Shown here in pieces: positions 1-9,315 of a stretch of DNA of 42,358 nt (position 1 is its first letter; each line of letters opens with the position of its first letter). The stretch is from Alphaproteobacteria bacterium. Its GTDB lineage: Bacteria > Pseudomonadota > Alphaproteobacteria > JAGOMX01. Location of the stretch: the NCBI GenBank assembly GCA_049608925.1, contig JBMYXZ010000003.1, positions 1-42,358 of the forward strand, written 5' to 3'. Made by a program: the position numbers and the translations under genes. A model generated the notes under the pieces. It worked only from the letters and a program-made list of their open reading frames with translations. It made no database searches and was not told where the DNA came from.

Positions 1-141
1 AAAGTGAAAAGAAAATACAAAGATAAGAAAAGCGGAAAAATAAAAAACAAAATTAAAGAAAAAAACCCTGATGGAACCATGAAAAAAACAAAAATTAGGG
101 ATTATAAAGGCAAGAAAAAAACTAAGATCAAAGAGAGATAA
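1..141 (+). CDS. Possible 3' end of a CDS open at the window start; extremely Lys-rich tail (KVKRKYKDKKSGKIKNKIKEKNPDGTMKKTKIRDYKGKKKTKIKER*)
   Basis: Frame 1 is open from base 1 to the TAA at 139-141. The DNA is A-rich, so the frame could be open by chance. Confidence 0.25.
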   Translation, partial: KVKRKYKDKKSGKIKNKIKEKNPDGTMKKTKIRDYKGKKKTKIKER

Positions 142-232
142 GCCTCCCTTTAAACACATATCGCTTTAATATTGCAGGTATGTCTGTCTGGTGCTAATAA
201 GGAATAAGATTTTCCTTATAACAAGATACTAG

Positions 233-1408
233 ATGGCATACCTGCAATTTTTTGATAGTTCTATTATAAACAGTAACAGCAAGACTCTTGAGGCTTTTAC
301 GGCTCTACAAGCTGAAAACCTGCCCCATCTTTCAATACCCCAAAACATACAACAACTTGAAGATCTGCAAAATATTGCTGATCGTTTTTCTAAATCCTTT
401 GAAAAGATTGTCGTGTATGGAACCGGCGGGTCTAGCTTGGGTGGGCAAACTCTTGCAGCTTTAAATCCAGCTTCGGCTGATAAATTGATTTTTATGGACA
501 ATATTGATCCCACAACCCTGGATCACCTGTTACAAAGCATAGACCTTAAAAACACCGGCTTTATCATTATCTCTAAATCCGGAAACACGTCTGAGACCAT
601 GTGCCAAGCTCATATGACAATAGAAGAATGGCAACAGCAATTTGCAGATTCCTCGCTAGCCCAAAATTTTCTTGCCATCACGGAATCAAAGGACTCTGCC
701 CTTACGCAGTTGGCATCGGAACATAACATTCCAACCCTTGAACACCCCTCTAACATTGGCGGGCGGTTTGCAGCCTTAACCCTGGTGGGTTTACTGCCAG
801 CAATGATTGCAGGCTGTGATGCACGACAGATTCTTGCGGGTGCTCAATGGACACTTGATAACCCGCAGGCGGCTTGCGAAGGTGCATCGATTGCCCTGGC
901 CATGGAGCAAAAATCCATGTTTGTGATGATGCCCTACATTGACCGTATGCATCGTTTTGCCTATTGGTACCGACAACTGTGGGCAGAAAGTATCGGCAAA
1001 GACGGATATGGGCCGACACCCGTTGCAGCCCTTGGCACAGTTGATCAACATAGCCAGCTACAACTGTTTCTGGATGGGCCTGATGACAAATTCTATACCC
1101 TTCTGACAACCGATCATGAGGAAAAAGGTCATAAACTGAAGGCTGGATACCACGTCGGCGATCTTATGGCAGCCATGCAGTTTGCGACAGAAAAAACCCT
1201 GCAGAATAATGGCAGGACAGTGCGCCGTCTTCACCTCCCCGAAGTCAATGAATTCAGTATGGGCGCTTTGATGATGCATTTTATTCTGGAAACCCTGTTA
1301 GTAGCAAAAATTAAAAAGATCGATGCTTTCAACCAACCTGCAGTTGAAGAAAGCAAACAGTTAGCCCGCGAATTTCTCGCTAAGAAAACAAATGGACAAG
1401 CCGCATGA
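233..1408 (+). CDS. pgi: Glucose-6-phosphate isomerase (short SIS-domain form)
   Basis: PGI/SIS motifs VVYGTGGSSLGGQ, IIISKSGNTSET and GGRFAALTLVGLLP. The stop overlaps the mutL start (ATGA). Confidence 0.85.
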   Translation: MAYLQFFDSSIINSNSKTLEAFTALQAENLPHLSIPQNIQQLEDLQNIADRFSKSFEKIVVYGTGGSSLGGQTLAALNPASADKLIFMDNIDPTTLDHLLQSIDLKNTGFIIISKSGNTSETMCQAHMTIEEWQQQFADSSLAQNFLAITESKDSALTQLASEHNIPTLEHPSNIGGRFAALTLVGLLPAMIAGCDARQILAGAQWTLDNPQAACEGASIALAMEQKSMFVMMPYIDRMHRFAYWYRQLWAESIGKDGYGPTPVAALGTVDQHSQLQLFLDGPDDKFYTLLTTDHEEKGHKLKAGYHVGDLMAAMQFATEKTLQNNGRTVRRLHLPEVNEFSMGALMMHFILETLLVAKIKKIDAFNQPAVEESKQLAREFLAKKTNGQAA

Positions 1409-3222
1409 CAGTTATCAGACGCCTACCATCCAACCTAATCAATCAAATCGCCGCAGGAGAAGTCGTCGAAAGACCCGCTTCTGTCGTTAAGGAATTAGTT
1501 GAAAATGCTTTGGATGCTGGCGCCACGTCTATAGAAATATCCCTTCGCGATGGCGGGCGCAGCTATCTATCCATTATTGATAATGGCAAGGGTATGTCCA
1601 ACGAAGACCTGGAATTAGCTGTCGAGCGCCACGCGACGTCAAAGCTTCCTGACGATGACTTGTTTCACATCAATACTCTGGGGTTTCGAGGAGAAGCCCT
1701 ACCATCCATTGGTGCAATTGCACGTCTGAAGATCAGCACCAGGCAAGCAGATGAAGACTCCGGCTGGTCCATCACTGTTGAAGGCGGCGATAAAAGCAAT
1801 ATTGTGCCGGCCTCGCATAATCAAGGAACCACCATCGAAGTCCGGGATTTGTTCTTTGCAACGCCTGCGCGCTTGAAATTCATGAAGTCTCCCAATACCG
1901 AGACCCATCATATTGTGGATGTTGTGCAGCGCATTGCCATGGCGCACCCCACCGTAGGGTTTAAGCTGGCAACTGACAAAAAGACACTCTTAAGCCTGCC
2001 AGCCACAGACCAACCGTTGGATAGACTATCTGCCATAATGGGCCCCGAATTTGGTGATAATGCCTTGGCGGTTGAAAGCGATCGCGATGGTTATCATCTG
2101 CAAGGTTTTGTGGGACTGCCTACATTAAACAAGGGTACCGCAACCAGTCAGTATCTTTTTGTTAATGGCAGACCGGTTAAAGATAAGGTATTGCAAGGCG
2201 CACTGCGTGGGGCGTATCAAGACTTTCTAGCCCGCGATCGCCATCCGATTGTAGCCTTATTCCTGAATGTTGATCCTATCTTGGTAGATATGAACGCCCA
2301 CCCTGCCAAAACCGAAGTGCGCTTTCGCGATGCTAATATGGTGCGTGGGATTATTATCTCTGCTATTAAACAAGCTCTGGAAAGCGCTGGCCATCAAGCC
2401 TCGACTACGGTTGCAGATGCTGCCCTGCAGTCCTTTCAGCCCAGTGTACCCGTAACGGCTTCTCCTGCAGCGGTTAGCGGCCCTGCGATGGCTTCTGTTG
2501 GCGGCAAACCTGCTGTCATGACGATGCCCTCGCCACGTTCACCTTCCCCTCCTGCGCCGGCTCCGTTTACGCAGCAAGCAACCATGCCCTTTGCGCCAGA
2601 GCTTGCGACTGCCGAAAAAGCTACTGAAGACCAAACCGAGGACTTTCCCTTAGGCATTGCTAAAGCACAGGTGCACACCACATACATCGTGGCTCAAGCA
2701 AAGGATGCTCTGGTGGTTGTTGACCAACATGCCGCACACGAACGCTTAGTATATGAAAATATGAAATCAATGATGCGAGAAAAAGGTGTTGAACGCCAAG
2801 CCCTGCTGGTGCCAGAGGTTGTTGAGCTCTCCGAACGGGAAGCTGAATGTGTACTGGCGGCAAAAGAATCTCTGCAAGAATATGGCCTGATTATCGAGCC
2901 CTTTGGAGGCAATTCTATTCTTGTTCGTGAAATCCCAGCCATCCTGGGTGATATCAATATCGCAGAGCTGATACAGGCTCTAGCAGATGACATAGAAAAG
3001 TATGGCGAGACACTGAGCCTAAAAGAGCGTATTGAAGAAATCTGCGGTACCATTGCCTGTCACGGCAGCATCCGCGCGGGCCGCCAATTGACTCAACCTG
3101 AAATGGATGCTCTGCTTAGGCAAATGGAGGCAACCCCGCATTCAGGGCAATGCAATCATGGCCGCCCAACGTATGTGAAGCTTGATTGCAAGGATATTGA
3201 GAAGCTGTTTGGAAGAAGGTAA
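1405..3222 (+). CDS. mutL: DNA mismatch repair protein MutL
   Basis: N-terminal GHKL ATPase signature IRRLPSNLINQIAAGEVVERPASVVKELVENALDAGAT, and C-terminal dimerisation/endonuclease region (QHAAHERL, ACHGSIRAG). Confidence 0.95.
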   Translation: MTVIRRLPSNLINQIAAGEVVERPASVVKELVENALDAGATSIEISLRDGGRSYLSIIDNGKGMSNEDLELAVERHATSKLPDDDLFHINTLGFRGEALPSIGAIARLKISTRQADEDSGWSITVEGGDKSNIVPASHNQGTTIEVRDLFFATPARLKFMKSPNTETHHIVDVVQRIAMAHPTVGFKLATDKKTLLSLPATDQPLDRLSAIMGPEFGDNALAVESDRDGYHLQGFVGLPTLNKGTATSQYLFVNGRPVKDKVLQGALRGAYQDFLARDRHPIVALFLNVDPILVDMNAHPAKTEVRFRDANMVRGIIISAIKQALESAGHQASTTVADAALQSFQPSVPVTASPAAVSGPAMASVGGKPAVMTMPSPRSPSPPAPAPFTQQATMPFAPELATAEKATEDQTEDFPLGIAKAQVHTTYIVAQAKDALVVVDQHAAHERLVYENMKSMMREKGVERQALLVPEVVELSEREAECVLAAKESLQEYGLIIEPFGGNSILVREIPAILGDINIAELIQALADDIEKYGETLSLKERIEEICGTIACHGSIRAGRQLTQPEMDALLRQMEATPHSGQCNHGRPTYVKLDCKDIEKLFGRR

Positions 3223-3308
3223 GCTGTAAGATAATCTTGCTGCATCTTAGGGTTTTCTTAATTCTCTAAAGTATACAATAAAAGTAGGTTGTATATTAAA
3301 GAGTCGTT

Positions 3309-4052
3309 TTGCCCAAATATATTATAACACCTATACTTGCATATGCTTTTGCAGTGCTCTTGACACATTCCGCAGATCTTCATGCAGGAACGCATATATC
3401 ATCTCCATCGTTTCAACGTATATCTGATCATATGGACATAGAAGATGATCATGCCGAAGAGTCAGAGGGCGATGATTACGGCGACATCGATGATCCCGAT
3501 TATTTACCTGACTTTGCGACTGGCACCCTATCAGAAGAAACAGGAGGAACATCTAAAAAGCACCGCCAGCAATTTCTCGAAGATTTTATCTATCCATCCA
3601 TAGATAACAAAAATTTATTTTATGAAAACCTTGGACTAATAGCCAATGCGGTTGATGACCTAGTAAATCATGGGCCAAGCCACCAGCGCATTAAATATTT
3701 GCTCGAAAGCGTTGCTACATTTGCAAATATCGCCCTGAATGATCAAAAGGTAGGGAACTTAAGAGGCACCTGGAAACATACCGTTTGCCAGCGAATCATT
3801 CAACGCATACAGTACCGGTATAAAGTTCTTAATTTTCTTGGGACAGAGCAACAATTTACTGCTGGGCATGATGCTGCAACAAGACTAGATGTTATATGGC
3901 GCGTTTCACAAAATGAGGCGATCGTATATGATTATAAATTTGGCAGCCTGAATAATGCTTCTACAAAGGCAACTATAAACCTAAGAGGAAAAATTCTGGC
4001 AGAAAATGGCATCTATATGAAGGGGCATTACGATATACGCCCCCAAAACTAA
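3309..4052 (+). CDS. Hypothetical protein with signal-peptide-like N-terminus, acidic linker and C-terminal PD-(D/E)xK-like motif
   Basis: TTG start from the ORF track, with AAAGAG upstream. Hydrophobic N-terminus KYIITPILAYAFAVLLTHSADLHAG, a D/E-rich stretch, and C-terminal RLDVIW-x9-IVYDYKFG (D-x13-D-x-K). I recognise no family. Confidence 0.5.
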   Translation: MPKYIITPILAYAFAVLLTHSADLHAGTHISSPSFQRISDHMDIEDDHAEESEGDDYGDIDDPDYLPDFATGTLSEETGGTSKKHRQQFLEDFIYPSIDNKNLFYENLGLIANAVDDLVNHGPSHQRIKYLLESVATFANIALNDQKVGNLRGTWKHTVCQRIIQRIQYRYKVLNFLGTEQQFTAGHDAATRLDVIWRVSQNEAIVYDYKFGSLNNASTKATINLRGKILAENGIYMKGHYDIRPQN

Positions 4053-4079
4053 AATCTGATCATTTATCAAACTTAATAG

Positions 4080-5309
4080 CTAAGACCACAAAGCTGAAAC
4101 TGGCACGGCTAGTATATTGGGCCCAAAAGGCACTATTTTATCTCCGGTATACACCAACACTCCCTGCTGGAAACGTTTTCCTGCCACTTCAGAAAACTTT
4201 TGGATACCTTTCAGGTCACTGCTTGACAGGGTTGCAGAAGCTTTGACTTCGAAAGCAAAGCATTGGCCATTGCTATCTTCTATAATGATATCGACCTCAA
4301 CCTTATCTTTATCGCGATAGTGCGTAAATGCTGGTTGAAAATGCAACCACGAAGCTTGTTTTCGTAGCTCATTGTATACAAAAGTCTCTAATAAACTTCC
4401 CATCTCATGAGGGTTTTTGATCAGCATATCTTTGGTCAACCCACGTATTGATGAAATAATTCCTGTATCTGCCAGATGCATTTTCGGAGCTTTGACCAGC
4501 CTTTTGTACTCGTTGCTATGCCAAGCCGGTAGTGTCTCCAGTAAAAACAGCTGCTCCAAGAGCTGCAAATATTTCTGTATAGCCTTGTAATTCAGCCCTA
4601 TTTTGGCCCCTAGCTCACTAAAGTTGACCAGTTTACCACTAAAGAATGCAGCCAAGCGTATCACTTTTTCTGCCTCAGCTACATTAGATATTGAGGATAT
4701 ATCTTTTATATCTCTTTGTATTAAAGTTTGAATGTATTGCTGATACCATTTTGCTTGCCTTGTCTCTTGCTTTCGTTGTGCAGGCTCCGGAAACCCGCCT
4801 GCAATCAACATATTAATAAGCTGTGCTCTAGGGATTTCTTCTGCGTTTTTCGGTATTGTGCCTGCCATCAGCTTAGATAAAAAGGTGCGATTTCCTTGCC
4901 CTGATACTTCGCACATAGACAATGGGTATAGCTGAATTGCCTCTATGCGCCCCGCGAGAGAATCGGCAATTTGCGGCAACAACAAAGCATTCGCAGATCC
5001 GGTCAGTAAAAACCTGCCAGGCCTTCTGTCTTCATCCACAGTTTTTTTAATGGCAAGAAAGATCTCTGGGACACGCTGTACCTCATCCAATACAACGCGT
5101 TTGCCAGCAAATTTAGCTATAAAGCTAACTGGATCAAATTTTGCTGCTTCTAGTTGTGTTTGATCATCAAAGGTTACATATTCCCATGAATCATCAATAA
5201 GCCCCTGCACCAGTGTTGTCTTGCCACTTTGACGGGCGCCCATGATAAAGACAACGGGTGTATCAGCAAGGGCTTCCTTGACCTGTCGATATATATACCG
5301 CTGAAACAT
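4080..5309 (-). CDS. AAA+ ATPase of the AAA_14/DUF4143 (COG1373-like) type with C-terminal restriction-endonuclease-like motif
   Basis: Walker A GARQSGKTT, Walker B VVLDEVQ, and C-terminal VEVDIIIEDSNGQCFAFEVKAS (D-x13-E-x-K). Confidence 0.8.
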   Translation of the reverse strand: MFQRYIYRQVKEALADTPVVFIMGARQSGKTTLVQGLIDDSWEYVTFDDQTQLEAAKFDPVSFIAKFAGKRVVLDEVQRVPEIFLAIKKTVDEDRRPGRFLLTGSANALLLPQIADSLAGRIEAIQLYPLSMCEVSGQGNRTFLSKLMAGTIPKNAEEIPRAQLINMLIAGGFPEPAQRKQETRQAKWYQQYIQTLIQRDIKDISSISNVAEAEKVIRLAAFFSGKLVNFSELGAKIGLNYKAIQKYLQLLEQLFLLETLPAWHSNEYKRLVKAPKMHLADTGIISSIRGLTKDMLIKNPHEMGSLLETFVYNELRKQASWLHFQPAFTHYRDKDKVEVDIIIEDSNGQCFAFEVKASATLSSSDLKGIQKFSEVAGKRFQQGVLVYTGDKIVPFGPNILAVPVSALWS

Positions 5310-5313
5310 ACTG

Positions 5314-5423
5314 CGTCCAATTAGAATTATTTATCCGTCTAATTAGAATTATAACAGCGTCCAATTAGAAAAACAACTTCGTCCAATTAGAATTATAACA
5401 GCGTCCAATTAGAAAAATCACAC
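5314..5423. repeat. Five tandem 22-bp repeats with conserved core CGTC(C/T)AATTAGAA
   Basis: Cores start at 5314, 5336, 5358, 5380 and 5402, an exact 22-bp phase. Copies 2+3 and 4+5 form a 44-bp higher-order unit. The array lies directly upstream of the ATPase start (5309) and overlaps the stop of the upstream gene (5418). Confidence 0.9.
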
Positions 5424-6401
5424 CCACTTAGGGTTGCGATCCTTGTCCACGACAGCTGCACGAATACCTTCGATAAAGTTCGGGGAGCCGCCCAGACGTT
5501 TGCTCTTGCGGTAGTCTTCCTCAATAGCTTCCGCTACGCCAGAAAAGTCGCGCGCCCTTCGGAATAGAGCAAAAGTTTCTTCTAAGCTCTGTGGGCATCT
5601 TGTTTTCAAGGTCTCGAAAGTCTCCAAGGCAAATGTACTGCCATCTGACGCCAAGGCTTTAAAAATATCTTCCACCGAATCTTGTCCAAAACACGTATCG
5701 ATAATGTTAATGTGTTCTTGGATCGCACCAGTTTGCATAAGCTTTAGTTCATGCGTTTTAATAGCAATTTCCAGGTCTTCACCCGTTTGCAACAAAGCAA
5801 CCAACTTCGGTATGTTTTTAGACGGCATGTAATGAGTCGCCAGCCCCATATACAGGGCATCTGCGGGAGATATCTGATTGCCCGTCAGGCCGGCATACAG
5901 ACCAGATTCCCCAGGACATTGATTCAAGAAATAACTAGAGCCCACATCTGGGAAGTACCCAATGATCGTCTCTGGCATCCCTAAGCGGGCACGCTCGGTC
6001 ACAATCCGGTGAGACCCATGAATAGAAACGCCCATCCCACCACCAAGGGTAATACCATCTAGGATGGCAACGTAGGGTTTTGAATACTCGTGCACATACA
6101 GGTTCAAACTATATTCAAGGCGAAAAAAAGCATCTGCCTCGTCATAAAAGCCTTTTTTCCAGGCTTCATAAGCCAACCGGATATCTCCACCAGCACAAAA
6201 AGCGCGCCCTTTTCCTTGCACCACAACTTGTCGCACATCAGGATTCACAGCCCACGCTTCAAGTTGCGCTTGCATGTCTGTTACCATCTGTAGATCTAGC
6301 GCATTCAAAGCTCCTGGTCGGTTAAGCGTTAACCACCCTGTCCCAGAAATAACTTCCCCTAGGATATGGGGTTGCTCAGCTGGTTGCACGGAGACTGTCA
6401 T
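5418..6401 (-). CDS. Enoyl-CoA hydratase/isomerase family protein, 3-hydroxyisobutyryl-CoA hydrolase-like
   Basis: Crotonase motif GKGRAFCAGGDI, GGGMGVS, and a length and C-terminal extension typical of ECH_2/HIBCH-type enzymes. Confidence 0.8.
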   Translation of the reverse strand: MTVSVQPAEQPHILGEVISGTGWLTLNRPGALNALDLQMVTDMQAQLEAWAVNPDVRQVVVQGKGRAFCAGGDIRLAYEAWKKGFYDEADAFFRLEYSLNLYVHEYSKPYVAILDGITLGGGMGVSIHGSHRIVTERARLGMPETIIGYFPDVGSSYFLNQCPGESGLYAGLTGNQISPADALYMGLATHYMPSKNIPKLVALLQTGEDLEIAIKTHELKLMQTGAIQEHINIIDTCFGQDSVEDIFKALASDGSTFALETFETLKTRCPQSLEETFALFRRARDFSGVAEAIEEDYRKSKRLGGSPNFIEGIRAAVVDKDRNPKWV

Positions 6402-7359
6402 GACTTTCTCCTTGATCTTCTAATTCAGCCAGATAGCGCTCGACATCAAGTGCTGCCATGCACCCTTGCCCAGCAGCCGTTACAGCCTGGCGGTATATTT
6501 TATCCTGCACATCACCGGCTGCAAAGATACCTGGCACACTGGTAACGGTTGTCCCAGGTGGGCATTTGATGTAGCCAGCCTCATCCAGATCTAGGATCTC
6601 GGTGAAGTACTTGGTGCTAGGCTTGTGACCAATAGCCACGAACGCACCATCCACATTCAGTGTTTGCTCGGCGCCAGTTTTTGTATTCTTTAGGCGTAAG
6701 CCAGTCAGAGACTTGGGCTTGTCTTCACCAAGGAATTCTTCCACCACGTGATCAAACAGCACCTCGATTTTAGGATTTTTAAACAAGCGATCCTGCATGA
6801 CTTTCTCGGCACGGAATTCATCGCGGCGATGGATGATCGTTACCTTCGACGCATGATGCGTAAGATAGAGCGCTTCTTCCACAGCGCTGTCACCACCACC
6901 GATTACGGCTACTTCCTTCTCGCGGAAGAAAAAGCCGTCACAAGTTGCACAGCCTGACACACCAAAGCCTTGGAATTTCTCCTCGCTCGGTAGGCCTAGC
7001 CATTTTGCCTGCGCACCTGTCGAAATAATAATAGTATCGGCAACGAAAGTATCGCCGCTATCGCTTTCGCAGCGGAAAGGACGTGTGCTGGTATCAATCT
7101 TAGTGATGTCACAAGCGATGATCTTAGTGCCAACAGCTTCGGCCTGGCCGCGCATTTCTTCCATCAGCCACGGGCCTTGAATTACCTCACGAAAGCCAGG
7201 ATAGTTTTCCACATCCGTGGTAATCATTAGCTGCCCTCCCGGAGCACGTCCAGATGCCATAATTGGCTCTAAGTTCGCGCGCGCAGCATAGATGGCCGCT
7301 GTGTATCCAGCGGGTCCTGAGCCAATAATCAATACTTTCGTGTTATGTGTTGCTGTCAT
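6376..7359 (-). CDS. trxB: Thioredoxin-disulfide reductase
   Basis: FAD motif IIGSGPAGYTAAIYAARA, redox-active CATCDG, NADPH motif VIGGGDSAVEEA, and C-terminal GIFAAGDV. Confidence 0.93.
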   Translation of the reverse strand: MTATHNTKVLIIGSGPAGYTAAIYAARANLEPIMASGRAPGGQLMITTDVENYPGFREVIQGPWLMEEMRGQAEAVGTKIIACDITKIDTSTRPFRCESDSGDTFVADTIIISTGAQAKWLGLPSEEKFQGFGVSGCATCDGFFFREKEVAVIGGGDSAVEEALYLTHHASKVTIIHRRDEFRAEKVMQDRLFKNPKIEVLFDHVVEEFLGEDKPKSLTGLRLKNTKTGAEQTLNVDGAFVAIGHKPSTKYFTEILDLDEAGYIKCPPGTTVTSVPGIFAAGDVQDKIYRQAVTAAGQGCMAALDVERYLAELEDQGESHDSLRATS

Positions 7360-7373
7360 TATAATAGGTGCTC

Positions 7374-9314
7374 CTAAAATCCAAACATGTGATCGAGGCT
7401 AAACGTTCCAACCTCACTAATCAACCCGTGATACCCAAAAAGCCTACACGTAGGGTCGCGAATAATGGCATAAGCTGCCCTGTCTAAACTGCTTTGGTTA
7501 AACAAGTCACTGGCGCGCCAGAAATATGACCCGCCACAAGGAATGTTGATTTCCTCAGAGGCAAACATATCGCCATCACGATCAAATAGCTCGATGAACG
7601 TGGAAGACTTTTCACACCAAGTCTGCGATGCCGGGTAGATAAGCTGGCAAATGGTATCTAAATCTTGATCACCCAAGCGCAGGAACAATCTTGTCGACAG
7701 ACCCGGTGGGCGGCCGCGATAAGACTGAGGCTCGGACTTGTATGTTGTAAGCGTATTAAAGATATGCGCGCCAAAACTGGTCTCGGCAGCATGCCCTGTT
7801 TCCACGTGTTCATAGCGGAATAGGCCGTGCAGCCATCCATCTCGCTGACCAGACGCGTGCTGATCATACAACAACTCAACATGTCCATGAGAGAAGTCCT
7901 GAACCGGTGGCAAAATGTCTTCAAGATCTATAGCCGGACATTCCGAGCGCTTAATTGACCCCAATGACTTACTTAGTACTTCTGCGCCTTTTGCATCATA
8001 GACGCGCAACTCTAATGGCAACGTCTGCTGCGCCAACGACATTGGTGTTGGCATCAAGACAGATCGCCAAGTCGTGCGATCTAAAATAGGAGCCGGCAAG
8101 ATAAAACCCTTGCCGTATGAGGCCTGCGGCAGCTGTTGCATGCCTGGATCATCCTGCAAATCTGTGCGCTGGACATTCACGTGCGCGATACGGCGATGGT
8201 CGTTTTTGGACAGCACTTCATATCGCGGACGCACAAAGTATTTCCCTGCATAAATTTCTATTTGTTGTGGCCAAGTTGCTGCGGGCAACAGATCACGTGT
8301 ATTTAACGCAACCGTTCCAAAGGGCGGAATTTCTTCCGGATACCAAGCGACCTTGTCATCACCCATCAAAGCGAGCCCAATTGCACTTGCTGGAATCGGG
8401 CATGGATGGCTGTTCTGAATCCAGAAGATTACATCCTCATCTTCTTGGGGCGCAGGCAAACCTGCATAATAATCGGCCGGCCAAGAGTTTGCATCATGGG
8501 TACAAGACAGCATCTTAGGGTCATCACTGTAGATATCCATGGCATATTTCACAATGTCATGGCCAGCAGCACCAATGACTTGGAAAAATAACTGACCAGA
8601 AAATTCCGGCAGGTCAAAGCGCTTGCGTACTTCCCGGCTGTCGATGATAACAGGACCACCTGGCGTGGCAAATTCTTGTTCCCACTGATGAAGCTGCTTG
8701 CCCTGTTCATCTAGCAAGCAACACCATAAGGTAATGGGCTTGCCGCCGCTGTAGGTGCTCCAGTAGTTGGCGGTTGCAATGCGCGTGTGCAGCTGGCCTG
8801 TGTCGCGAAACAGGGCAAAGTTGGTCGCAAAGTTTAAGGGCGACAAGTATTGTCTTTTATTGCTAAGCATGGTTTCAGGCAGTCTGAACGCATCAAAAGA
8901 GACAACTTCCACACCCTGCGGGATCATATGTGCCATCTGACGAACCAGAAAATCACTATCAAAGGCTGCAATTACCAATTTGCGGGTTTTGGAAGCATCT
9001 ATGTCTTGAATCAGTTGTGGCGCAGCTCCATGAATAGTAGCCCCCAAGTCCTCGAAACGCTGGACAAATGTTTTATGAAAGCGAACAGAAGATACGTCGT
9101 GAATTTCTGCAAACGCATTAAACATGCCGTATGGATCATACAGCGCAACACCACTTTGGTCAGAAATCGATGTGATAAAGTCCTGCACTTTTGTTTGAAC
9201 GTAAGGGTGGCCAATTGCCTTAAAAAAAGCATTGCCACCGTGGGTGTTATCAAAAGTCTCAATCTTCAGTGCATGCGGTTGCACAGTATAAAGTTCCGCA
9301 GTTTGCGCAGTCAT
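7374..9314 (-). CDS. Hypothetical 646-aa cytoplasmic protein with no recognisable domain
   Basis: Long uninterrupted ORF. AAGAGGA Shine-Dalgarno sits inside the end of the upstream gene. There is a 1-nt gap to the tlpA-like stop and a 14-nt gap to the trxB start. Confidence 0.7.
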   Translation of the reverse strand: MTAQTAELYTVQPHALKIETFDNTHGGNAFFKAIGHPYVQTKVQDFITSISDQSGVALYDPYGMFNAFAEIHDVSSVRFHKTFVQRFEDLGATIHGAAPQLIQDIDASKTRKLVIAAFDSDFLVRQMAHMIPQGVEVVSFDAFRLPETMLSNKRQYLSPLNFATNFALFRDTGQLHTRIATANYWSTYSGGKPITLWCCLLDEQGKQLHQWEQEFATPGGPVIIDSREVRKRFDLPEFSGQLFFQVIGAAGHDIVKYAMDIYSDDPKMLSCTHDANSWPADYYAGLPAPQEDEDVIFWIQNSHPCPIPASAIGLALMGDDKVAWYPEEIPPFGTVALNTRDLLPAATWPQQIEIYAGKYFVRPRYEVLSKNDHRRIAHVNVQRTDLQDDPGMQQLPQASYGKGFILPAPILDRTTWRSVLMPTPMSLAQQTLPLELRVYDAKGAEVLSKSLGSIKRSECPAIDLEDILPPVQDFSHGHVELLYDQHASGQRDGWLHGLFRYEHVETGHAAETSFGAHIFNTLTTYKSEPQSYRGRPPGLSTRLFLRLGDQDLDTICQLIYPASQTWCEKSSTFIELFDRDGDMFASEEINIPCGGSYFWRASDLFNQSSLDRAAYAIIRDPTCRLFGYHGLISEVGTFSLDHMFGF

Positions 9315-9315
9315 C

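Noticed and set aside
3223-3260. Possible terminator after mutL (TAAGAT-n11-ATCTTA followed by GGGTTTTCTT)
   Set aside because: It has only a 6-bp AT-rich stem with an 11-nt loop. That is too weak to call a rho-independent terminator.
5314-5423. The 22-bp tandem repeats as a mini-CRISPR array
   Set aside because: The repeats are contiguous, with no spacers of CRISPR length, and only five copies. No cas genes are present. An iteron or operator interpretation fits better.
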